This document shows, piece by piece, positions 1 to 13,300 of a stretch of 64,000 nucleotides of DNA. Where the stretch lies: assembly GCF_963676685.1 (NCBI RefSeq), contig NC_092347.1, positions 85,994,001-86,058,000 of the forward strand. Reading direction: 5' to 3'. This stretch comes from Mytilus edulis. Lineage: Eukaryota. Every line of letters begins with the position of its first letter. Position 1 is the first letter of the stretch. Below the pieces are notes generated by a model that was not told the origin of the DNA, did no database searches, and saw only the letters and a program-made list of their open reading frames with translations. Both the position numbers and the translations under genes were made by a program.

Positions 1-86
1 AAAAATCAATAAGACATCTTGTACTTTTGAATGGATAATTATATATATAATCAATGCATATAATGCTTTGACATTGAATATTACAG

Positions 87-2040
87 AGATATGTTTTGTG
101 CTGGGCGAGTAGTAGAAGAAGATCTGAAGAGAACAATGAAAGCTTGTGGTGGCTCTATACAAACAACCGTTCAGAATCTGTCACCAGATGTGTTAGGTTC
201 CTGTGAGACATTTGAAGAAATCCAAATTGGAGGGGAAAGGTAACTTAACTTATATATAAATTTGTAGTAGTCTACAGAAAAATTAGAAAAATTATATTTT
301 ACAGTCGTATTTTAATCTGGCTTTTAAAAGAACCCAATATTTGCATAATGTAAAACATAAAAAGGTTTATCCAGTAATTGAATTTCATCCATTCTGATTA
401 AATTACAGATTATGTGTCCAGTCTTTATTTATATATTTGGCAATTCAACTTATGTCATGTATGTGTTAATTGAATTATTGAAAGAAAAACTACAAAATAA
501 ATGATTTTTTCCATTGATAATTTTTTTAGAATCTTTCATAATAAATTGCTGAAAATAATATGAAAGGTAGAATTATTATGTTTATAATATATGATATAAT
601 GCTGAATTGTCATTTTCATGATTCTTTCAGATATAATTTATTTACGGGTTGTCCCCAGGCTAGAACATGTACAATCATTCTACGTGGAGGTGCAGAACAG
701 TTTATAGAGGAAACCGAGAGATCATTACACGATGCTATAATGATTGTAAGGAGAACCATGAAGAATGATGCTGTTGTTGCAGGTGAGAAAGCATATAATA
801 TATTTGGATTGGTATTTTCCCATAGTCGTGTACAGTAAATAAATACTGAAACAGTTGGTCTAAAAAAAATCAACTAGACCACTTAGATAATGCATTTTAT
901 TAATACATCAAGAAATTGTCTTTATGATAAAATATGTGGGGTATGTCAAAGATAGCAACTGAAAGACACAAATAACCATTTTGTTAGTGTCTTAAATACA
1001 GCATATTCTATTTTTCTCCAAAGAGCTGTTTAACTAGATTTACATATAAACTTGTATAGAATTAGAAACGAACATGAAAGCACTTAATAGTATACCTTGC
1101 TTATGCAAGTATACAATACATGTTGGTGGTTATTTGTTTCACACCGTTCAATTTTATTTGTAGGTGGTGGAGCAATAGAAATGGAATTAAGTAAACATTT
1201 GAGAAACTTGTCAAGAACTATTGCTGGTAAAGAACAGTTATTGATGGGGGCCATGGCTAAAGCTTTAGAGATCATTCCACGACAGTTATGTGAAAATGCT
1301 GGATTTGATGCTACAAATATACTTAACAAATTACGTCAGAGGCATGCACAAGGTAAGAGTACACTAAGAAATGTTTAGTCTTACTTTCTCTTTTATATTT
1401 AACAGTACACTATTGTCTAAATCTTTGATAAAAGTTATAATGCATGTTCCTATAGTTAGTGGCTCATGTATAATATTTTCAATGCAATAATGGTATTAAA
1501 GTCACGATCTATGTAAAAAAATATACATTTATGTGAATGTGGTATTTGTAAGCCTTATAGAATGTATGATGTAGAATCATTCTGTTGCAGTATGATGGTT
1601 GAGTTCATCTTTTGATTATTGTTTGCTTAGTGTCCAGCGGAAAGTCCGAATTTAAGACACTGATAATCAAAAAGCTGCAATTTAATCAATCATTCTTACA
1701 AATAAACAAGATTATGTATCATTAGCAAGAACAAAAAAAGAACAAAACACTCAATCCTTCGTTCTTTTCTCTTTTCTGAATTAGTAGTAAAAATAAGATT
1801 TTTAAAACTTATATTTCAGGTGGTATCTGGTATGGTGTAGATGTACTTAATGAAGATATTGCAGACAATTTTGAGAATTGTGTATGGGAACCAGCAGTAG
1901 TTAAAATAAATGCCATCACAGCTGCTGCAGAAGCAAGCTGTCTCATTCTTTCTGTTGATGAAACTGTTAAAAATCCAAAAGCCCAACAAGACGGACCTCC
2001 AGGTGGTGGAATGGGACGAGGTCGAGGACGACCCATGTGA
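87..2040 (+). CDS. CCT7: T-complex protein 1 subunit eta, 3' portion (last 4 exons: 87-239, 631-782, 1164-1352, 1820-2040)
   Basis: GT-AG exons join in frame: [83 protein letters not shown]../[40 protein letters not shown]. The motifs and the GRGRGRP tail are characteristic of CCT-eta. Confidence 0.96.
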
Positions 2041-2987
2041 TCTAGATTTATACTTTATTTATTTGTACATTTATGTGTCTCTGAACAAATTACCCTCCAT
2101 GAAGATTATCTATTTGTCGCCGCATTTGTGCTTTGTATTTTCGTATCATAATGATTGTACTAGAAATTATGTGAATACAATTTTTATACAACAGTTGTGT
2201 TATATTTGTTTCCATCTGCATATATCACTTGTATACAAAAGACACAGGAATTCAACAGCAAATTACTGGTATCTATGATGAGTTTATGTACACTAACCAC
2301 AAATTCATTCAAGAAATCAAACAAAGACAAAACTCAAATCAAATGTGTGATATTTATGGCTAGGATTTAACTATTGTAAATTCAGAAATTATTGGGATGC
2401 TTTTATTAATGAAAAAAAATATACCTATATAATGTTTCCCAGTAAAATAAAATTGTACTCATAACTTCAGTAGTGATATTCCTTTAACAGATGACACATT
2501 AATTTCTGAATTTACAGTACCTTTTATCTTTCCAAAACATTTAATTACCAACAAAAATAAATTCTACATACAAGATGGCACTTATCTGAGCATGGATGTG
2601 CTCTTTTCTATTGGTAAAATAATTTAAAACCAGTAGCATTTGGTTAATTATAGTTTCTTTGAAAACATTACTAGATGATGTTGTTAAATGATCTATGTCT
2701 AATATGTTAATAATTTTAAGCTGATGATTTGATCATTTTATTTATAAAACCAGACTTTAAAATTGTTTTTGTCCACAGCATATTATGTAGCATTTAGGAG
2801 TTAGAGCATACATAAGACTGGTCGACTCCAAGGCAGATCAATGTTTCCATTTCTGGTGGCATCTTCATGTAGACTATTTCCTTGAGAACTAGCACAGTAA
2901 AAAAAAATGTCTAAACATGTTGATCCTTTACAAAGCCCGGTTCATATTCATATCACGTTAACAAGTTCTTGTCCTAATATGTAATAT

Positions 2988-3196
2988 AGGGCCTCGTTGG
3001 CCAAGTAGTCTTAGTAGTCCTACTACTATAATCACTAGCCAGTCAACAGTTGACTCCAATCATAATTGACTAGGATTGTAAGTTTTCCTACCGTAGGTTG
3101 TTAGTTTTCTCTGGTCACTCCCGACTTCCTCCACCAATAAAAACTAGACGCCATGAAATTGCTTAAAAATGACATTAAAACACCCAACAATCAATC
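2988..3196 (+). mobile_element. Degenerate SINE-like element
   Basis: GC-richer head and a tail CTTCCTCCACCAATAAAAAC..CGCCATGAAAT..GACATTAAAACACC..(AATC)n. A related tail lies at ~16660-16755. Confidence 0.5.
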
Positions 3197-4345
3197 GATG
3201 ATTTGTAATATTATCATTTAAGTATATATCTGTCTCCTTCTCAACTTGGACAAAGCATATCCTCATATTGGCAGATTTTATCTGACCTCAGCCTCATTTT
3301 CATTATTAAATATTCAAAAAAGTTTTCATAGCAAGGTCTTTTCTAGGATACTATTAGCAATTGGTGAACTATATAGATTGTGATGTGTACATGTCTGTCT
3401 TGCAGGGTTCATTTGACTTTGTCCTTTTTCTCATGGTTCAGTTTTGTAGATAGAAAAACAAGATCAGGAGCATCTGTCCATGACGATCAATACATGAACA
3501 GCAAAAAAGCAAAGAAACCGTGCTTTTCATGGTGTTCTTCATCTTTAAGAGTCATAGGAATGCCTTCAACATAGAGCGAAAAAACTTGAGTATGCATCAT
3601 GTTTCATTAGATACTAAGCTAAGGGTCCGATATATTTGGATTATGGAGTTATTGTAAGGTGAACGTGTGTTTAGCAGGGTTTGTCTGACTTTTGACATTG
3701 TTTTCATGGTCGGGTTTGTTTTATATTTGGTGTATGGAATGATTGCATTGTGTACATGCTGTTTTGCAGGTTTTAACTAACCTTGACCTTATTTTTATGG
3801 TTCACTAGGTCTGTTTCTCATATACTATAAGCAATAGGCCTTTACCCTCCATGAATAATTGATAATGTTTAAGTTTATGGGATACATGCATTTAAAAAAG
3901 ATTCATATTACAGACGTCCAACTAAATTCATTCTTCGAGCAAAGCAGCAAGACTTTCAGCACTCTCTTGTCTGATAATCCCTCTTGATTGACATGACAAT
4001 ACTCTTAATAGAGTGGAAGTAGATCAAAAGCAACAAATAGACTGATAGTTTTATTATACCAGCAAGTCTGGAGCGTAAGTCAACATAGTTTTAAATTATG
4101 ATATTTTGCATGTTGGTTATCATTTTACAGTAATTCATCCATCTGTGACTTAGATATAGTATATTTTACACGCATATATAAATGGGCAACCTGGTCTCCG
4201 CTAATAATTCTACATCCTCACTTAGCCTAGCATGTGCAGGCAATATTTTTCAATGAAGTACAGTATGATGACAAATGATACATTGAAACAATAATATCAT
4301 TGCTATCACAAAAGCTAATTCTCTCTTCTTTCTAACACACCTGTG

Positions 4346-7300
4346 TCATAAAAACATGTCTTCAAAGTAGTCATCAAACTCTTCCTCCCTAAAACAGAAA
4401 ACAGGAATTATTTAAAAAGCTTAAATCTGCAGGGCTATTGGTACTTTACGGAACGGAACGGAACGGAACGGAACGGAATTTCATTTAAGGTAATTTATTT
4501 TTCCGTTCCGTTCCGTTCCGCAAAGTACCAACGGAACGGAACGGAAAAATAAATTAAAAAGTTTAAATCAGATTCATTTTGATCACTGTCTCTAATCAAG
4601 GACGACGTGAGGTCAGTCTAGATATCAAAATGCATGACTTGCAAATGCGTTAATTTCATGATAATTTATCAGGACAATCCGACATATTCATCTACAGAAT
4701 ATTTCCCGATGTTATACATTATTACACATTTCACCTGTGAAGATGAGATTAAGTATACATTTGTGTTATTTGTATATGGAAAACCGTAAAACACAGAAAT
4801 TTTAAAGTTTGTTTTGTTTTAAAGATTTTTCGAAATTTTGATAAATGCCCCCTTTGGATACCTTAAATGAAATTCCGTTCCGTTCCGTTCCGTTCCGTTC
4901 CGTTCCGTAAAGTACCAATAGCCAATCTGCAGCTCATACAATATTTTTTTAAAGAATGCTAGCTATAGCAAATGCATAGCATAAAATGAACCTTAAATCT
5001 GGTTACAATAATCTGAACATGAAATCCTTCAAATGGACTTTTATTTATTTAACAATAAATTGATAATAAAGAATACGAAATGGACCAGGTGACAATAAAC
5101 TGCACAAGAAATGGACCTTATCTGCTGTGAGCCTGTGATATATTCTGAACACAAAATGGACTTTAACATTGGTGACAATAAACTAGACATGAAATGGACC
5201 TTAACTCGGGTCACAATGTATTGTTCATAAAATGAATCTTAACTTCATCTGGTGACAATGAACTGAAGATAAAATGAATCTCAACCCTGGTGACAATAAT
5301 ATAATGCCAAAATCATGCATGCAAAATCATGCATACTAAATGTAAGTTAAAAGCTACAGCCAAAAATGTGAACTTAAAAATTACCAAAATTGCCTAATAA
5401 ACCTTCCATACCTTATACACGCCTGGTAAACCATCTAATCTCAACCAAATGTTGAGACGGAAAAAAGTATTCTGGCACTTCCTGTTGAGCTTTTCTGGTT
5501 CAAAATATTCAAAATAAACACAGGGTATGTCGACTTTTCGTCAATTTACTGAAAATCAATGCGGTTTTTGTAAAATCGGAGAATGTCATGCCATAGATAT
5601 TGGAATTTCAGTTTGTCTCGTGTATAACACAAACGAATATGATTTAAAATGACATTGTAATGACTTTTCTCCAGCAGGTAAATGTGGCCAGCGCAGTCAG
5701 CTATTGACAAAATGACAGTGATATCATTGATAAACTAGCATATATATCAGTAAATTAGTATTTTTCTAAAACATTATAAACATAAAATTACAGTTTGTTC
5801 TTTTTCTTTATTAATATAATTTCATTAAGCTAAATATGTTATAAAGTATGTCATGTTGAGATTTTCTGGTATCGGTTGAGATATTTTGGAACAATGTTGA
5901 GATCTTCTGGTGAATGAAATTTTCAACTATGAAAAAAAAAAGATGTGGTATGACTGCCAATGGGACAACTGTCCACAAGAGACCAACATGACACAGACAT
6001 TAACAACTATAGGTCACCGTACGGCCTTCAACAATGAGCAAAGCCCATACCGCATAGTCAGCTATAAAAGGCCCCGATATGGCAATGTAAAACAATTTAA
6101 ACGAGAAAACTAAAGGCCTTATTTATATATAAAAGAAAGCGGAAAACAAATATGATTCAATATGTAACACATAAACAAACAACAACCACTGAATTACAGG
6201 CTCCTGACTTGGGACAGGCACATACATAAATAATGTGGAGTGGTTAAACATGTTAGCGTGATCCCAACCCCCCCTTACCTGAGACAGTGGTATATATAAC
6301 AGTACAACATAAGAACGAACTATAAAAATCAATTAAAAAAGGCTTAACTCATCAGATGGACAAAAATGCAATTGAACGTGGTCGGGTTCTTGAACATCCC
6401 GACAACAAAAAGACACTAGGAACAGATTTGAGAGTACTCGCAGTTATCTGACAGCTAACTCACAACTAATAAAAAAATCATGCATCTAAGACTATAAACT
6501 ATCAATCTGTACACATCCAACATCCAATCAATCTAGTGTAAAGACGTCATAAACAGTCGGAGAAAAACATGACCTTGTGTAGTTTAGTATCAATTACATA
6601 TACAAATGTAAAAATTCATAAATTTGCCGTATATTGTTTGACATTTCAACAGTCATTTTAATCTTGTCTGTAGTTATGACAGCAGCTTCTAAAGAGGCCT
6701 TTGGTTGTAATAGAGTCTGTGTTTTTTAATGTTGTAATTGACATCTCCAGGGCTAGAATTTATTCATTTATTTATGTGTAACATATTTGTTGTTCGTTCA
6801 TTTTTTTATATTAATAAGGCCGTTAGTTTTCTCATTACAATTGTTTTACATTGTCATTTTGGGGCCTTTTATAGCTGTCTATGCAGTATGGGCTTTGCTT
6901 ATTATTGAAGGCTGTACGGCGACCTCTAGTTGTTACTTTATGTGTCATTTTGGTCCCTTGTGGAGAGTTGTATCGTTGGCAATCGTACCACAGAAAGAAC
7001 ATTTATAATAAAACGGATACATACAAATTGAAAACAAATCGTGTAAGAAAAAGCAATTATTGGTATGTTAGTTTTCTTTAGTATCATGAATATTTTTGGC
7101 TCAACTTCTCAATCATGATCAGGCAAAATTATTGGCTTTTTATTCTGACATTTTTTTTAATTCCTCTTCCACCACATTTTTCGGCATATAACACGTCCGT
7201 TTTATTTGGCCATTACATCGCAGACTCCTAACGGATGCAAATTTTGTAAATAAAAATCTTTTGTTTTGGTCCTTTCGGCGTTCGTTCGAGCTATCTGGTA

Positions 7301-10300
7301 AAGTGTGACCACAGTTTTTAGCAGATATCGCATGCTTAGCATAGACACATACAATTTTTTTTTTAACTATCTCCAGTTGCGGATCCAGAAATGTGGGGGC
7401 CCACTGACTGACATAAGAGGGGGCCCGCTCCAGTCACGCTTCAGTGATTCCCTATATAAGCAACCAAATTTTTTCCCAAACAGGGGAGCACGGGCCCCCT
7501 GCCCCCCCTAAATCCTCCTCTGATCTCCCACAATTTAGCTACGTCGAATCCAGTTTTAAAATATTTAAAAAGAAAACTGAATTTATATTCAGAAATGGAT
7601 AATCATTAAATTCATTCTTTTCATCAAAAGTTATTTTCATTTAAAATAGATAATTGCAAAGGAGATGTACATACAATGGAGATTACCTCTAACTGTCATA
7701 ATCTGAAGGAGAACAGTTTTCCGTTCTAGCGGACAAATGTGGAACTATCTCCTAACACTTTTAAGACAATTCTAGCTTGAACAGTTCTAATCAAGAACTG
7801 ATTTGGTCATTGGTAAGTTCTACCTAGAACTGATTTACACAGTTCAACCTGGAACTGATCCTGACAGTTCCACAGCTGAAAAAATCTACGACTAGAGCAG
7901 AACTGCGACCTGATTTCGCCAAGAACGCATCACGATTGTTTTAAACATGTTTAAAGTTGGCTACTCTCAACACGATCACCAAGACCTCATCAAGACCGTA
8001 ACACGACCAAACTGCACTACGATCGTCAATATCATTATTTTTTTAGAGATCGTAGGGCGATCACGACCTATTGTGACGGAGCCCGGGTAATAATATAAAT
8101 GTTGCTGAATATTACCAAATATTAAGGATGTGCCCTGAATGCAGTTGTGACCAAACATCTAAGTTTTAATTATTTCAATACAGCACCTGTAATTACACTA
8201 AGTTGGACGTCACTTATAATACTTACAAAGCAATTTTAAAATCGTCATATTTTTTTTTGTGATAAGTATTATTATATAATAATGACAAAAATGACATCTT
8301 TTACTCACATTTAAATTATCATCACCCTGAAATAATGTGTACGAAAAAATAAACCTAGAAAAGGGGTCCTGTTCGATTGTTTAGTTTTTAACTATTTTAT
8401 TTCTTTATAGATGTACGCATTTTCGGCATTAAATAATGTCTGTAAGGAATCGAATTCGTCCAAATCATATTAATGAATAACCATTGTAAAATAATCTTAA
8501 TTATATTTGTAAGGCATGCATTTTTCTATCGGCAATGCTTAAAATTGTATCTGTATTTGGATTTTATGTTACCACAGACAGAAGACATGAATCAGGTTAA
8601 CCATAAAAAAGGTAAACTCGAATAGTACAACGCAACCAGAAAGTCTCAACATTGTGACAGAAAGACTCAACCAATACCTTTATATCTCAACCATTTTTAT
8701 TTTTTTATTTTTCTGCTCAGAGTAGGCCGCTGACAAACAAATATTTGTGCAATTTACAGATGTGGTTATCGTAAAGCCTAAAAAAACACAAATTATTGAC
8801 ATATTTTCTTGCTAAGTCATTAATATCATGGCACTTCTATCGGATTTAAAGAATGTTAACATTATAATTCGTAGGAGAAAAGTGATTGTGACTTCAATTT
8901 AAAATATTTTAAACCAAGAAGAAACATATTAGTTACAAGTATGATTTATCTATGGCATGACATTCTCCGATTTACAAAAAAAGTCGTTGATTTTCAGTAA
9001 ATCGACAAAAATTCGACATACCCTGTGTTTATTTTCAATATTTTGAACCAGAAAAGCTCAACAGGAAGTGCCAGAATACTTTTTTCCGTCTCAACCATTT
9101 GGTTGAGATTAAATGGTTTACCAGGCGTGTTATATGTAATAAAGGCTGTACAAAGTAGACACATATTTATGCTGAGCACACAGGAATATCAAATGATCTA
9201 GAACAAACCTTGATTTTTCATCAGGTAATTTAGCTGGACCACTCCAGATAGATTTATCCTCTTCTGAGTCAGGTTTTTGAGAAGTTGATTGATCAGGTGG
9301 TTTCTTAAAGGTTTCATCTAAACTGGAATCTAAAGTATAAAGTATCTGTACAGTAAATGAATCTGACTTCTTAAAAAGGTCATTGGTTAATAGGTCTTTT
9401 GATTGAGGTAAGCCATTTCAATTGATATTTTATAGTGTGTCTTTCTATGTTGTGTTGTTACACTATTGTTTCAGGCAAGTGTGAAGGTTGGTACCTATTA
9501 AAACGTTTAAACCTGCAGCATAAGTTTGCACCAGTCTTAAGTAAGGAACCTCTTGTTCAGTGGTTGTCGTTTATTTCTACTCCAGTGGCTTGAGTCCAGC
9601 CAGAAATGAAAATAACAATTTTGGTGTATACAACCTCTGCAGCATATATTATATGACTCATGCACTTGAGAGGTCCAAGATATTGTCTATGTGTTAATGA
9701 TGGACCATAAAAACAAAGCTTTTAACCAAAGGATAAAGATGTATAATACCTTTATCAGACTGCATTTCTTCTGTTTTTTGTTTCTTGTGCTGTGATTTGT
9801 CTTTTCTTTTTGATTTTGGAAGAATTTCTTTTTTCCTGTAAATAATCAAAATTAAATTTATGCATAAGGCTTCACAAAATATGTGTGTCTTTGTTCCTTT
9901 GACATTAAAAATTTTAGAAGACAACTTCAAAATAGCAGGCATGAGAATTTAACATTTGCTTTGACGCTTTATTCACTTTGTCATGCCTCAATACATTAAT
10001 CTAGACCTATTTGTTTTCATTTTATAACATTATATTAGTATGTTTGAAATGAAACAAGTTGAACCAACACCTGAAATGGTAATCGTATGGTTTGGTAATA
10101 GAGGGTGGATTACGAAAGGTATTCACAGTTGTCTTTCACTAGATAAGTAAAATAGAATAATAATAAAGACAACAACAACCATCAACTACTGCATGGTTAT
10201 AGTTTATTCTGTTTTCTTTCAAAAAGGCAAGGTATGCATTAAATGAAATTATTTTATTCTAGTTTTGATTAAATACAATGTGATTCAAAATTGATAAAAG

Positions 10301-13300
10301 TGCATGAAAATAATTTAAAAGTACAAAAAGGTGCAACATATTAAAATGCTGTACATACCTATGATGATAATTTAGTTTGTATGAACAGTCTGGACATAGC
10401 CCTGAAAATAACAAATAAAATATGTATGTATTGAAATTGACACGAGGGCTTAGTTTAGTGACTGTGATTTAATTATCTCATTGAAGAATTCACAATGTTA
10501 TTTCATAATATCTTGAAATTACCCTGTACTGCATGTAATTGCATGAAGTATGCATTCAAAGAAATAATATATAAGCATTGGTATTTACACTTACTTTTTC
10601 AACAGATTTTTTTGCTTTTTCATAATTCTACATTTTAGATGCAATATAAAATATAAAAGTGTTTTTCAATCAATCCACTTACGTAATTTGACGAGAGCAT
10701 TTTTCTTTTCCCCATGTTCCATATACCCAAAGTTCACTTCCCAACTTCTTAATCCTTCTGTTTCTTTACATTTCTTATTGCCACATGAAAACTGGCCTGT
10801 GAGAAATAGGAACTCTTTTTTTTATTAACATAGCAACAAAATAAATGAATGAGAGCTTCTACATACTTGTATACTAAAAGGTTACATGTATATATTGCTT
10901 CATATTTTTTTATTATAAGTGGCTTAGAAAGCCATATATAATTATGGTGAAGAACAAGCTGACAAACTTTATAGCAACGTCATAAGCAATGTTTAACAAT
11001 TAAAATGTAAATAAATGTTTGAGAATGGCAACACTGATAATAGAAGCAGTACACTGACTTAGGCACTGATCTACCTAAACATATGATAATATTAAATAAA
11101 AATTTGACATACACTTATATTTAAGAATAAAGAATAAATCATTTAAGTCAGTGTCACTATAAAAGCCATCAAATGAAATTGTGACCTCTTTGCAAGTACC
11201 AAGACTCATAAGATGTAATGACACACTTCTAAAACTTCCATTAGTGTTTTAAAGATCCTGCGCTCGTGGTCATAAAAGTTTACTTGGTACTCAGAGTACA
11301 AAATATGTGCTAAAAAAACCATATCTAAGTATTTTGATAAGTTGATTTCTGGGTCTGGGTCTGAGTCTGATAATCTTAATTGAAAGTTTTTTGATTGCAA
11401 AGTACTTTCATTCTCCAGTAATTATGGTTTTATTAGTATTTACTTGCATGTACATGAACTTTGGATTTTTCGTCTGGTTTTTGTTTTACATTGTTGTAGC
11501 CTCATTAACTAACAAAAGTGTATTAATTATCCCCCTTTAATCCTATGTAGTGTATGACAATAAAATATATTACCGTTTCCATCCACAACCTCCTTTTCAA
11601 TTCTCCATCTCATTGCAATCTACAGATACAGTAATTTTGTGTAATTAACAGAAGATAAACAGTTTCATTTGTTGACAACTAAGTTTATTTTAATTGAAAA
11701 CTGTTCACATTAAAACTATCCTCAATATATAAAAATTAAAAATGCACAATCAACTAAAAAAAAGTGTTATAAAATAAATAATAAATTAATATCAATCAAT
11801 AAATAAAAAGAGATATATGACAAAAGATCAATGAAACAACAATTTATTAACACAAGTTCACCAAAATAACAATCTAATTGAAATTAAATCTCTCACTCGC
11901 TAATTTTTTTATTCTTGGTCGCTGCGTGGGAGATCTAACAACATCCCATTTGACAGGGCGTCAGAGCTCAAAATCGATTGTCCAATCAAAACAGTGCTCC
12001 CAAAATCTTCACTGTGAAGTAGACTGGCACAGTCAGTCGCAATTTTTATCGACTTCCGTAAAAGGGAAATAATTCATAACAACAAACTAAACAAAATGGT
12101 AGCCCCCAGTACAAATGTAACAAATGGCTTCGGGTGGATTGTCAACACCTAGACGACTTTATAGTCGATCTAACGTGTGTATTTTATGCAACTTTTCGTT
12201 TATTGTAACCGAAATTAATGAAAATGGACAAAAAATTGAGAAAAAACTGTTTCATGAAAAATATAAATTGACCACGGAAAGAGTAATCGCTATCCGAAAA
12301 GTTATCCCCGATTTTAAAACTGTTGATGACACAAACAATGGGGTGTGTAAGAAATGTTTCCGGCGGATTGAAAAGGTTAATCATTTAAGAGAAGAGGCAA
12401 AACGACACGAGGCGGACATTTTAAAGAGTTACTCAGCCGTTCAGAGTGTGTCTCACGTTTCAGACATTTCAAACAAAAGACTCCTAAGGTCTCCATCAAC
12501 GCCAGATCCATCTAAAAAGAAAAACAAACAATTTCCGTCCATAGAATTGAGGCATTTAGTGCAAATTCCAAATTTGTTTGCACATACATCTACCCAGGTT
12601 CATGATGTTAGACCTCTGTATAGCCAACCTACCAACTTGCCAGACATGTCAGAAGCAACCTTTGCACTGCCGCTTAAAATAATACCAACACAGACAAGCA
12701 TTAAAATTGGTAAGTTTACAGTAACAACATACATTTACTTACTTTCTTTTAATATGTCATGTCAGTAGTTTCATGAATTTGGGGTTCATATGAAAAAAAA
12801 AAAGGTATGGGGTTCATATGGAAAAAAAAGTATTGTTTCATTGTAGAAATAGTATGAAATTAAGGAATGTACAGCCCAGTTCTTGCTGATTCCTTGGCTA
12901 ATTTTGGCTATACATTTTTGTACTTTGGTTTGCTTCATGGTCAGTTCCATGGAACATGTTTATCAGCTCTGCAATATGTTTGTATAATTTATTGACCTTA
13001 CAAATATTTTCATCTTGAGCTTGAGCACCACTGGAGAGACATTATTTATTTATGTAAATGCACATGGCACATAAAAATTTGTAAACTGTTATGTTACAAA
13101 TAAGGCTTACATTGTACAATTCTTGGTTGAATTGTTTCATGTTTTTCATGTCAATGCTTTTATTGGTTTGCTAATCATTGATGATTGTTGCCTATTACAC
13201 CCTCTTCATTTGAACCTTGGTCATGTTGAGGGTTGTCTCATTGACAATCATACCTCAATTTCTTTTTTTTACTATTTGACAAACAAAATGTTTGTGTTAA

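Noticed and set aside
616-2278. Antisense and alternative-frame ORFs over CCT7 exons
   Set aside because: Shadow ORFs of the real coding exons.
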